Positions 1-9,434 of a DNA stretch of 64,000 nt are shown piece by piece; position 1 is the first letter of the stretch, and each line of letters opens with the position of its first letter. The position numbers were made by a program, and so were the translations under genes. Under the pieces are notes generated by a model. The model had not been told where the DNA came from and did not search any database. It saw nothing but the letters and a program-made list of their open reading frames with translations. Source of the DNA: an uncultured Thermococci archaeon (GTDB lineage Archaea; CAYQAE01; CAYVLA01); NCBI GenBank assembly GCA_964549615.1, contig CAZJVP010000090.1:17418-81417 (forward strand). Direction: 5' to 3'.

Positions 1-1064
1 TCCTTGAGCGCCATCAACTGATCCGACAACGATCTGAACATCTCCTCGGTTTCCTGCAGCCTCGATAGCGCGTCAGGGTAGGCCTGCTCGAGGTAGAGCT
101 GCTCGGCGTTCCTCTCCACAAGGCCAATCTCTACAAGGCTTCTCTCGGCGGGAGAAATCCGAGCGCCGAACTTCTCAACAAACTCCATCAGGCTAATCGC
201 AAGCGCCCGCCTCGTGAAGTAATTGTGGAACCTCGTTCGGATGTCGTGCATGAGATCGAGGTCCTCGGGGATCTTTGCGCCAGCGTTGAGGAAGTTCATG
301 TTGACCACGTAATCCGGGTAGAATCGCCAGTCATACATTACTGAAGTGCCCCACGCTGGCGTCCAATCCGGCGTGTGGGCGAGACCCGAACCTTCCCCGT
401 ACTGCCAGTAGACCAGGACGGGGTGCTTTGGCTCGGCCGCCATCTGCAGGAGAATCTTGGCTCCCTCCTTGGGCTCAACGACGTTCATCCCGCCGAACGG
501 CGGCATCGTGTTCCACGGCAGCGACCTAACGAAGGGGTCATCCGGATAGTTGGCCACCACCTTGAAGCTGATCTCGTAAGTCTTTCCATCAACGCACTCC
601 ACAGGCAACGCCTCCTCTACGGACGAACCCTTCCATGTGGGATAGCCTTTCCCCCCGAAGGCCTCGATTCCCCCGACCATCATGAGGCCCATCCCCGTCT
701 TCTCGACGCCGCGCTTGAACCACTCCAGCTGATCGGCCCTGTACAGCCCCCGGTTGGTATCGCTGAGAATGATCAGATCGTAGGAAGTGGTGAGGTCATC
801 GAAGGTTCTCGGCATGTAAACCCTCATGAACTGGCGCAGCTGGCGATCGTTGTAGGTGCCTATGTGGGCATAGGTCGCGGGGATGGGCGTCCCGGTGAAG
901 GACGGCTCCTCCATCATGTAGGTGTAGGGGGTTGGACCCCATGCATCGCCGATGTAGAGGATCCTGATCCTGTTGGTTACCGGATCCCTGCGGACATCGC
1001 GGCCGCATGCTCCTGGGATCTGGGCAGTTATCAAAACCAGGACAACAGCGCATGCGGCTCTCAT
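1..1064 (-). CDS. Membrane-anchored paralog family protein, copy 1 (3' end runs off the window)
   Basis: Manual translation from ATG 1064: MRAACAVVLVLITAQIPG...DPVTNRIRILYIGD...RVYMPRTFDDLTTSYDLIILSD...EFVEKFGA; same motifs as the other copies. Missing from the ORF track because there is no stop inside the window. Confidence 0.85.
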   Translation of the reverse strand, partial: MRAACAVVLVLITAQIPGACGRDVRRDPVTNRIRILYIGDAWGPTPYTYMMEEPSFTGTPIPATYAHIGTYNDRQLRQFMRVYMPRTFDDLTTSYDLIILSDTNRGLYRADQLEWFKRGVEKTGMGLMMVGGIEAFGGKGYPTWKGSSVEEALPVECVDGKTYEISFKVVANYPDDPFVRSLPWNTMPPFGGMNVVEPKEGAKILLQMAAEPKHPVLVYWQYGEGSGLAHTPDWTPAWGTSVMYDWRFYPDYVVNMNFLNAGAKIPEDLDLMHDIRTRFHNYFTRRALAISLMEFVEKFGARISPAERSLVEIGLVERNAEQLYLEQAYPDALSRLQETEEMFRSLSDQLMALK

Positions 1065-1189
1065 TCTGTAAGTACCGTTTCGGGCCCACGATAAAAAACC
1101 TACGTTCCTGCCTGGAACTGCCCACCCGGACATCGTCGCGGCCGGCCTGTTGTCCAGACGCCACATCACTCCCCAACCGATCGAGACCT

Positions 1190-2059
1190 TCAACCTCGCC
1201 GAAGTCCCAGCAGTCTTACAGCATTCTCACGTGCTATCTTCCTAAAGACCCTCCTATCGATGTCCCCCGAGTCCTTCAACTCGAGCAGGAGATCAACCAA
1301 CGGGGTTGGATTGTCCGGCGCACAGATGTCCAGGCCGAAGAGGAGCCGGTCCTCGAACTCGTTGAGGAAGCGCACGGCATTCTCCTTGTCCCTAGCAAGG
1401 GCATTGTAGCCGCTCCGCGCCGATAGATCCCCGTAGAGGTTTGGGTAACGCCTCATCAACCTCTGCACCGCGCCCTCCTGCCTGACTGGGTAGCTGGGAT
1501 ATCCCTTCCTATCCTCAGGCTTTCTAAGTCTGGCGATCTCGGCCCAGAACGGGGGCCCGTGGCCGAGGAAGATGAGATTAGGGAATGCCCTCAGGCAATG
1601 CTCAAGCTGCGGAAGTCCCGGTTCGTCGTACAGGCCGTATGCACAACCTATCCGCGTTGCCATGTCGAATGTTAGAGGCAAGCCAACATTTTCGACCCAC
1701 CTGAAGAGATTCTGCACCATCGGGTGCAGGAAGGGCATGTTGGGCATGACCTCGCCAACCCCCTTGCAACCGCAATCGCGGTAGTGCCTGAGCAGCTCAC
1801 CGAGGGGAGCATCCACGGAATTGGTCATGGCGCGAGGATCCAGGTTGCAGAACGGGATGAAACGCCCGCCGGATGTTTCGGCGATCTCGAGTACTTCTTC
1901 GTTGGATTGGGGGAGGTAGACCTCGGGGCTGACCAGGGGCAGAAGGACGGCGCGCTCCACACCGATCGCGTCGTAGCGTTCAACCAACTGGCTGGGCGTG
2001 CAGAAGTTGCGCGGCCCAACTCGCCTGTAGGCATGGGCGTGGATATCGATGAACACCAT
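1190..2059 (-). CDS. Amidohydrolase family 2 metallohydrolase
   Basis: N-terminal IDIHAH metal motif, GVGE, LYGDLS, LLFGLD, KIARENA; GGAGG-like RBS before ATG 2059. Confidence 0.85.
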   Translation of the reverse strand: MVFIDIHAHAYRRVGPRNFCTPSQLVERYDAIGVERAVLLPLVSPEVYLPQSNEEVLEIAETSGGRFIPFCNLDPRAMTNSVDAPLGELLRHYRDCGCKGVGEVMPNMPFLHPMVQNLFRWVENVGLPLTFDMATRIGCAYGLYDEPGLPQLEHCLRAFPNLIFLGHGPPFWAEIARLRKPEDRKGYPSYPVRQEGAVQRLMRRYPNLYGDLSARSGYNALARDKENAVRFLNEFEDRLLFGLDICAPDNPTPLVDLLLELKDSGDIDRRVFRKIARENAVRLLGLRRG

Positions 2060-2298
2060 CGTCCTCCCTCGCAGGCCCTTGGCTAACAACCTCTAATAGT
2101 TTTGGCCGGCAAGACCTGCCGAGGCCTTCTGCAAGACGCCCGTGAGCCGCAGAACGATAGCCCTCACCCCGGCCGATCACCATCGAAGCATGAAAGTCGA
2201 CGGTCACGGCGTTTCGTCCACGGGACGGAGAACAACGCAGCTGCGGCCTTGCATCAAGCATGAGACCCGGCCGTCACGCCAGCCGTACGCCTAGCACA

Positions 2299-3501
2299 TC
2301 ACTCAACCGCCCTCGTCATCCCAACCTCCCTGTAGAGGGCTCTCCTCACCATCAGCCACCAGACAAGTGTCCCCGCCATGGTGGCGGTGGCCGACACAAC
2401 GCACCACTCCGCCACGTGCACCCACAGCAGTGCCTCCTTCTTGACCTTCATCATCTCCGCCTCCAGCACCGGATACTGTTTCAGCACGTCCTCGAGCATG
2501 TCGGCCGCGGCCACCGGGTCGTTGTCCGTGACGTAGGCCTCCCGTGCTTCCTTAACCTTCTCCTCCAAGGCATCGAACTTGCGCTCGACGACGTTCACCT
2601 TCCCGCCGAAGCTCTCTATGAACTCCAACGTCGAAGCCGTGATGATCTTCCTGATCCTGGTCTCAACGAAGAGCTTCCTGGCCCTGTGCGCTGCGTCAAG
2701 ATCCCCCGGCACCGGCTCGTCCGCGACGAAGAGCACCTGGTTGTAGACGAGATCCGGCCCGTACTCCCAGACCCTCACCTCATTCCGCATGTTGTCCCAG
2801 CCGTGGTCTATCTGGAGGGTGTTCCCCCTGCCGAACTTCCCGGTCACGACGGCCGGCGTGCCCCTTCCTCTCCACTCGGCATCCACGACGCTCCCGGGCC
2901 TGGGAAACAGGTCACCTTGGTGGCCCGAGTTTATCGGTATCTCCTCGATGCCAGGCAGGTTGAAGATCGGATCCCTCCTTAGAATCTTGTAGTATGTCCT
3001 GCCCTTGTTCGCCGGGATGTCGGTGGATAAGTCCACCTCGGCCGGGAAGGCCTGGTAGAGGGTTGTCTTCATCCACATGTCCATGTAGTTGGAGCCGGCG
3101 CCCCAGTTGGCAAATTCGATGAGTCCTAAGCCCAGGCCAACCTCCTCGACGGCCCGCCTGAAGTTCTGTATGTGGGAGCCTTCAAGCGCCAACGGGCCGA
3201 AATCTTCGAACATCATCGCGTCGTATCCCTCCGCAAGGGCCTTGAAGGTTCGAGGGATGTAGAGGCGCGTGAGCCTCTTTGCCTCGGAAAGCTGGATGTG
3301 CTGGGTCGAGCAGGGCACTATGGCCAGGTCGAACCTCGGCTCCGCGGCCAGCCAGTCAAGGAAAACCGTATTCCAGAAGTAGTACTCGCCAAGGAAAAGG
3401 ACCCTTATCCGGCCCGTTCCGGGTTCCACGCGACAATCAACCGGCGAGAAGTTCACGGTTGCAAGAAGCAGAAGGAGAATGGTGCCGGTCCGAGAAAGCA
3501 C
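2299..3501 (-). CDS. Membrane-anchored paralog family protein, copy 2
   Basis: Signal peptide, GRIRVLFLGE, RLYIPRTF, EFIESFGG, C-terminal ALLWVHVAEW-TM-WLMVRRALYR. Confidence 0.85.
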   Translation of the reverse strand: MLSRTGTILLLLLATVNFSPVDCRVEPGTGRIRVLFLGEYYFWNTVFLDWLAAEPRFDLAIVPCSTQHIQLSEAKRLTRLYIPRTFKALAEGYDAMMFEDFGPLALEGSHIQNFRRAVEEVGLGLGLIEFANWGAGSNYMDMWMKTTLYQAFPAEVDLSTDIPANKGRTYYKILRRDPIFNLPGIEEIPINSGHQGDLFPRPGSVVDAEWRGRGTPAVVTGKFGRGNTLQIDHGWDNMRNEVRVWEYGPDLVYNQVLFVADEPVPGDLDAAHRARKLFVETRIRKIITASTLEFIESFGGKVNVVERKFDALEEKVKEAREAYVTDNDPVAAADMLEDVLKQYPVLEAEMMKVKKEALLWVHVAEWCVVSATATMAGTLVWWLMVRRALYREVGMTRAVE

Positions 3502-3900
3502 GGGCGGGGCTTGAGGCAGAGTAATTTATGGATTTCTTCGCCCTTGCTCATCGGCGGGGAATCTGAAGTAAGCTCCCTTCACCTGACGGTGCCCACCAAG
3601 CACGCACCTCGGACCGATGATTGATCCGGACCCTTTACCCGCGGTCCCTAGAATACCTTACGATCGCTTTGCCACATCGCCCGAAAGGGCCGATTCGCCG
3701 GACGCTGAATCGTGGCAAAATCCATGGATCTTTCGCGGCAACGAGACATGGAGGCAACCTAGCGCCGACGGCGGAATTGGTTTCCCAGGTCGTACGGTGG
3801 ATCACAGGCGCGGATCCGTTTGCACTCACCAAACAAAATAAATGGGATGATGCCTAGCGCGTAAGCGATCCTTCAGCTCACCCAACACCCGGAGATCACA

Positions 3901-5145
3901 ATGAATTCAGGCGGTTCGGCCCACCTCGCGACAGGAAGGGATCTTTCCCTAGCCTCCCGGTGCGGGCTAGCTCTCATCACATTCGCGCTCCTCGCATCAC
4001 CGTTTGTCACCCATTCAAGGACTGACCCCGACACGGGAAGGATAAGGGTCATCTTCCTCGGCGAAGTCAAGCCTGCGCAGTTCCCTTTCCCCTCTTGGAT
4101 AGAGGCCGAGCCCAAGTTCACGCTGCGGCGCGTTCCATGCGACATAGAATGGTTCTCGGAAACTGATGCCCGTAGGTTCGCCCGCCTATATCTACCGAGG
4201 ACCTATAAGGACCTAGTAGACCACTACGATGCCATCATCTTCGAGGACTTCACGCTGAGAATCCTTCCGGAAGGGACCTTGGAGAGGTTCCAGAAGGCCA
4301 TAGGCGAGGATGGCCTTGGAATCGCCTTGGTCGAATACGTCTACTGGTCCGGCAACCTGAACGAGATCGACAGGTGGATGCAGTCAAGCTTTTACGATGT
4401 GTTTGCTGCGGATGTGGTCTTCGGGAGCGCCACCGACGTTGGGCGAAGGTTCTACGAGGTGTTGAGAAAGGAGCCCATCTTCGGCGTACCTGATATCTCA
4501 AAATGGGCTATGAACGGCGCAAGCCACGGAGACCTCAGGGCAAGGGAGGGCGCAACCGTGGAAGCAATCTGGAGCCAGAGGAAGACGGAGGCCGTCGTCA
4601 CGCGCAGCTACGGCAAGGGCTCGGTCATACAGATATCCCACGGTTGGGACAACATCCCGTCCGAAACCGTCATCGGGTATGAGTACCTTCCGGACCTGAT
4701 CTTCAACGAGCTCTTCTTCACGGCAAAGGTTGCCCCTCCCGAGGACCTTGCCATGGTCCACACGATCAGGGTCGATCTCATCCAGATTGCCCAGAGAAGG
4801 GAGTCTGCGGTCGCGCTTCTGGATTTCGTTGACAGGTTCGGAGCGAACACTGCAAGGTTGGAGAGAATGCTTGGAGACCTTGACGGTGTGGTCAAGCAGG
4901 CGGAGAAGGATTATATCCTGTCAAGGTATGCCGAAGCACAGGAAGCCCTCCAACGGGCGACCGAGGGATACGCCCGGTTCTCCGATTCCGCGGTTGACCT
5001 GAAGAACCGTGCCATGCTTTGGATCTATGTCATCGAATGGATCACCGTTGCGGCTACCCTCATGATCTGCTTGGAAGCCGTCTGGATCCTCATGGTAAGG
5101 AGAAGGCTCTACAGGGCGGTGCACGTAACAAGGGCGGTCGGCTAG
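3901..5145 (+). CDS. Membrane-anchored paralog family protein, copy 3
   Basis: Signal peptide, DPDTGRIRVIFLGE, RLYLPRTY, DFVDRFGAN, AMLWIYVIEW-TM-LMVRRRLYR. Confidence 0.85.
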   Translation: MNSGGSAHLATGRDLSLASRCGLALITFALLASPFVTHSRTDPDTGRIRVIFLGEVKPAQFPFPSWIEAEPKFTLRRVPCDIEWFSETDARRFARLYLPRTYKDLVDHYDAIIFEDFTLRILPEGTLERFQKAIGEDGLGIALVEYVYWSGNLNEIDRWMQSSFYDVFAADVVFGSATDVGRRFYEVLRKEPIFGVPDISKWAMNGASHGDLRAREGATVEAIWSQRKTEAVVTRSYGKGSVIQISHGWDNIPSETVIGYEYLPDLIFNELFFTAKVAPPEDLAMVHTIRVDLIQIAQRRESAVALLDFVDRFGANTARLERMLGDLDGVVKQAEKDYILSRYAEAQEALQRATEGYARFSDSAVDLKNRAMLWIYVIEWITVAATLMICLEAVWILMVRRRLYRAVHVTRAVG

Positions 5146-5180
5146 GCCCGTCGCCTGCCGAGAGGAAGCGACCAAAGCAC

Positions 5181-6737
5181 TCAACGTCTCTGCGTCACGC
5201 GCCCTGATGGGTTCGTCTCTTGCGCTCCAAGGCCTTCCACAGGCGAGGCCTCGTCCAACCATCGGTTCAGTTTCGCCTCGTGCTCGGCCGACCATCCAAC
5301 GTAGCAGTTGGCCATTATCTCCTCGTAGGTGGTTGCCGGATTGTCAGCGGTTCGGCTGTAGCTGGCGTCGGAAAACTCGCCTGCCACGGCCCTCCTGCGC
5401 CACTCCCTGAACGCCTGTCGATTGTAAAGCATGCAGCGGCGGTGAACCTCCTCATAGTCCACGATCGCCCTGAGCTCCCGATCCATGGTCTCGACGACAT
5501 CCCTTTTCGCGCTGCTCATGTTCCGGATCTCATCCGGGTCCTCGGCCAGGTTGAAGAGCTGGGGCGGGTAGCCTGGATATGCCACGTACTTCCAGTCGCC
5601 CTTGCGCAGCATGAACATGGTGGTGTTTGTGGACTCGCCCGTGTGCAAGGCAAGCGCCCAGTTGCGGCTCTTCAGGGTTTCGCCTCGAGCCAGTGGCAAG
5701 AGAGATTCGCCGTCCAGGTTGCCTGGCGTCGGGAGACCGGCCATCTCGGCCACCGTGGGGAATATGTCTATCAAGGATACGATGTTATCGATCGTCCGAC
5801 CCTTTATGACGCCTGGCCCAACTATGACCAGCGGCACTCGGGAGGAGCCCTCGTACATGCTCATCTTGTACCAGCTTCGGTGCTCCAGCGCAAGCTCGCC
5901 GTGGTCGCTTGTGAAGATGAAGTAGGTGTTGTCCCACAGGCCCAAGTCGTCCATCATCGCGACCATGTCGCCCACCATGGCATCCGCCTCGGCGCACATC
6001 GCGTAGTATGCCGCGCGGAAAACCTTCACGATCTCAGGCGCGAACCCGTGCCTCCAATTCTTGTTGATCCGCTGATACTCCATCACAGGGTGAACTTCCT
6101 CGTCCGCCGGAGGAACCCTAACCTCGTCAAGGTCAACCCGCTCCATCCAGTACGAGGTCGTGCGGTACGGTGGATGGACGGCGGACGTTGAGATGTAGAG
6201 GAAGAAAGGTTCCTCTCGACCCGCGTGAGCGGAGAGAAAATCCTTGGCCCTGGCGACCTTCTGCCAGTCTGCCTTCCAGGCGTTCCTCTCCTTCGTCGCG
6301 ATGGAAAGATCCTGGTCTCCCCGACCGTAGACCGGCAGGCGGATGTCAGCCGGACCGGTCCACGCCGTGACGCGGGCGACGTGGCTGTGGCCGCCCGACC
6401 TATAGTCGCTCTTGCCCAGCCCTATGTCTCTATAGTCCTCCGCTGCGAAGCGGTAGCCCGCTTCGTGAAGCAGGTCCATCAGCGTCCTCTCGCCCGGCTC
6501 AAGCCCCTTATGGTTGTTCCAACTCTCGCAGTGATGGGTGTAGCGACCGGACCACATATTGGCCCGGGACGGGCAGCATAGGGGATGGCTACAGTAGGTG
6601 TGACGGAACAGCACGCCCCTGGAGGCAAGGGCATCGATGTTTGGGGTGGCACGACGCATGGCGGGATGTCCCATGCATCCAAGCGCCCGGCCGTCCCAGC
6701 TCTCTGCATGGAAGAACACGAAGTTCGGCCTCGGCAT
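5181..6737 (-). CDS. Sulfatase (Cys-type, choline-sulfatase-like)
   Basis: MPRPNFVFF start, LCCPSR (CxPxR formylglycine motif), FTSDHG, KMSMYEGSSRVPL, LFNLAEDPDE. Confidence 0.9.
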   Translation of the reverse strand: MPRPNFVFFHAESWDGRALGCMGHPAMRRATPNIDALASRGVLFRHTYCSHPLCCPSRANMWSGRYTHHCESWNNHKGLEPGERTLMDLLHEAGYRFAAEDYRDIGLGKSDYRSGGHSHVARVTAWTGPADIRLPVYGRGDQDLSIATKERNAWKADWQKVARAKDFLSAHAGREEPFFLYISTSAVHPPYRTTSYWMERVDLDEVRVPPADEEVHPVMEYQRINKNWRHGFAPEIVKVFRAAYYAMCAEADAMVGDMVAMMDDLGLWDNTYFIFTSDHGELALEHRSWYKMSMYEGSSRVPLVIVGPGVIKGRTIDNIVSLIDIFPTVAEMAGLPTPGNLDGESLLPLARGETLKSRNWALALHTGESTNTTMFMLRKGDWKYVAYPGYPPQLFNLAEDPDEIRNMSSAKRDVVETMDRELRAIVDYEEVHRRCMLYNRQAFREWRRRAVAGEFSDASYSRTADNPATTYEEIMANCYVGWSAEHEAKLNRWLDEASPVEGLGAQETNPSGRVTQRR

Positions 6738-6983
6738 CGGCTGCTGGGATTCCCTAGGGTGAAAAAATGTATGGTTCCACCCACGGCAATGGCTCTTGGT
6801 TCCGCGGGAAAATGCTCGCATGAGGAAGCTCAAGAGTTCCGTGTCGCGCGTTGGTTGGCTCGCCGGCCTAGGGGAGGAGTGACCGGACTTTGCTCGCTCC
6901 GCCCAGCGGGTGCATCGGCCCCCGTCTTCCCGGGAAAGAGGAAAGAGGCCAAAGTTAAAAGGCACTTCGTCGTATGGTGGAGC

Positions 6984-8246
6984 ATGGCGCACAAGATGCA
7001 AGCTGCGCCTCCCCGGGCTATGAGGCAGGCCCTACGTCGAGTTGCGTTGTGCCTGCTGTTTCTAACAGTCCCAACGGCCTGGAGCCTGGAGGACGGCAGA
7101 ATCGGGATGCTTTACGTGGGGTGCGTGGCGCGCTCCATGCCGTACTGGCTGATGAGGTCGGATCCACTCTTCCGAACAACCTTCGTCCAGGCGACGATCC
7201 GCGACTTCATGCTCTTCGGACCGATGCCGGCGCCGACCATTGAGGATCTGAACAGGCTGGTCAGGCTGTACATGCCCAGGACTTACGACGACGTCGTGGC
7301 GAACTATGACGTCATCGTGTTCTTCGAGGCCAACGTCCAAGCTGTTGCGAATCACATAGACAAACTAGCCCGGGCCGTCTCCGAGGGAGGGCTCGGCATG
7401 GTTATGACCGGGGGCTGGCAGTCGTTCGGGGGCGCCACCGGCTACCCGCCGTGGGGCGTGACGGCGATCGGCCCGCTCCTCCCAACCGAGGACGTCGTTG
7501 GAGCTTGGCACGACTCCCCCCAGCACCGCATCATCATAGACAAACCGGACAATGAGTTCATCAGAAGCCTGCCCTGGGACCTCAGCGACCCAGCCCTGTA
7601 CGGCTCGGTATGGGACCACAACCTTCTCAAGGTGAGGCCAGGGGCCGAGCAGCTTGCGCACGTCGTCTCGCCCGGATGCGATGCCCCACTGATGGTCACA
7701 TGGAGGCTTGAGGGCGGCCCCAGGACCTTCTCCCTAGCGAGCGAGGGCGGCTGGCGGCTGTTCTCCATGGCGAAGTGGAGGTACGACTACGATTTCTGCA
7801 GCAATCTGATGATCTACCTCGACGACCGGCCAGTCCCGCAGGACATCGCGCTCGTCCAAGCCGTCAGACACAAGATCTTCGAGGTGGCGACCAGACGATC
7901 CATGATAGTGTCCCTGCTTGATTTTTGCGAGTCGTTTGGGGCGAACACGCAGAAGATTACGAGCAAGCTGATGGAGATCGACCGGGTGGCCGTCGAGGCC
8001 CTACCTCAGTATCTCCACCTCAACTTCGAGGGCGCGCTAGAGACCTACAAGACGGCGGCCAGGATGATCGAGAACCTTGAGGGCGAAGCCATGAAGCTTA
8101 AGGACAGGGCCCTCATGTGGATCTACGTCATCGAGTGGTTGGCCGTCACGGGCACCATGCTGGTATGCGGCATAGCGCTGTGGTCGCTGATGGTTCGCCG
8201 AAGGCTGTACCGGCAGGTTCGATATACAAGGCTTGCAGCACGCTGA
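6984..8246 (+). CDS. Membrane-anchored paralog family protein, copy 4
   Basis: GRIGMLYVG, RLYMPRTY, GLGMVMTGGWQSFGG, DFCESFGAN, ALMWIYVIEW-TM-LMVRRRLYR; TATA-like TTAAAA at 6955-6960; start could also be 6996 or 7020. Confidence 0.85.
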   Translation: MAHKMQAAPPRAMRQALRRVALCLLFLTVPTAWSLEDGRIGMLYVGCVARSMPYWLMRSDPLFRTTFVQATIRDFMLFGPMPAPTIEDLNRLVRLYMPRTYDDVVANYDVIVFFEANVQAVANHIDKLARAVSEGGLGMVMTGGWQSFGGATGYPPWGVTAIGPLLPTEDVVGAWHDSPQHRIIIDKPDNEFIRSLPWDLSDPALYGSVWDHNLLKVRPGAEQLAHVVSPGCDAPLMVTWRLEGGPRTFSLASEGGWRLFSMAKWRYDYDFCSNLMIYLDDRPVPQDIALVQAVRHKIFEVATRRSMIVSLLDFCESFGANTQKITSKLMEIDRVAVEALPQYLHLNFEGALETYKTAARMIENLEGEAMKLKDRALMWIYVIEWLAVTGTMLVCGIALWSLMVRRRLYRQVRYTRLAAR

Positions 8247-8316
8247 GGATCTCGCCCGGACAGGCGCACAAGCCCAACTCCGCCGCGGCCGCAAGGCTAG
8301 GCGCAATGCACGGCCG

Positions 8317-9183
8317 TCAGCGGACAACCGAAAAGAAGTGCGTAAAGAAAGCGTCGGGATCGACCTCCACGGCAACCTCGTGCCTTGGGGCCGACCCCCC
8401 ACGTACGAAGGTCGTTAATCCCCGAAGCTCCTCCCTCTCGAGTTCCACCTGGACCGTGCCGGTCTCGAATCTGCAGATCCCATCATGGAATATCGTTGCG
8501 GCCGCGAGCGGGTCGTGGAACGTGATTGCCTTGTTTTCCGCAAACCAGACCTCCGCGAAATCCAGCACGGGCCCCAATGCCCTAGAGCGAAACCTCCTTC
8601 TGGCCTCCTCCGCCTCCATGGTGACCTTCGTTGTCACATCGAGGCCCACGGAGCGATGCATCCTTAGCCTCGCGCCATACACGATCGACGAAGCCTCAGG
8701 ATCGCAGCCTGCGTTCCACTCAATGCGCCTCTCCCCGAAGAGGCCGCACATGCTCACCACCCCCCTCAGCAGGAAGGGTATCTCGGGATCGCGGCGGAAC
8801 AGGGCACCGACGTTTGTGAGGGGCCCGATCGTGACCAAGATCACCTCCTCCGGATGCTCGTGGACGGTTCGTCTCACAAAACCGACGGCCCGCCCCCGTG
8901 GGAAGCCCTGAGCATGATCCCAGCCCTCCAGGGCTGCGGCCTGCGGTGCTTTCGTCTGTTTTTGAGGAACGGCAAGGGGGACCTCGAAGCCGGGGAAGAT
9001 CGGGACATCCCTGCCGAAGGCCCTGCATATGGCGCTTGCAAGCATCGCCCTCTTCTCTGCCTCTCCCGTCACGGTCGTTATCCCCAGCAGGTCGCATTCC
9101 GGCTGTGAGAGAAGATACGCTAGACAGACCGCATCGTCGATGTCGGATCCGATGTCTGTGTCGAGCAGGATCTTGACCGCCAT
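8317..9183 (-). CDS. Inosine/uridine-preferring nucleoside hydrolase
   Basis: ILLDTDIGSDIDDA (DxDxxxDD), IGPLTN, EWN, HDPLAA motifs. Confidence 0.92.
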   Translation of the reverse strand: MAVKILLDTDIGSDIDDAVCLAYLLSQPECDLLGITTVTGEAEKRAMLASAICRAFGRDVPIFPGFEVPLAVPQKQTKAPQAAALEGWDHAQGFPRGRAVGFVRRTVHEHPEEVILVTIGPLTNVGALFRRDPEIPFLLRGVVSMCGLFGERRIEWNAGCDPEASSIVYGARLRMHRSVGLDVTTKVTMEAEEARRRFRSRALGPVLDFAEVWFAENKAITFHDPLAAATIFHDGICRFETGTVQVELEREELRGLTTFVRGGSAPRHEVAVEVDPDAFFTHFFSVVR

Positions 9184-9355
9184 GTAGGCTTTCCTTATCA
9201 ACGGATGGTTGGTCCATGGGTTTGCGGTAGCCTGAAATATTGCATTCTAGCGAAGCCTGGGGATCTTGTTGGGCGATGACCGGTCAGCCTGGAGACACCC
9301 GGACGATCGTGGACGTTGGATGGGCGCAGACAGATGGACACATGGGCTCGGCAGA

Positions 9356-9387
9356 TAGATGGTAGATGGGGTAGATGGTAGATGGGG
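9356..9387. repeat. Tandem repeat (TAGATGGTAGATGGGG)x2 in a divergent promoter region
   Basis: Read directly: four TAGATGG units at 9356, 9363, 9372 and 9379, just before TTTTAT at ~9394. Confidence 0.85.
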
Positions 9388-9434
9388 AAAGTCTTTTATC
9401 CCGACCACATGACGCCGCGACCGGGCCAGGGCCC

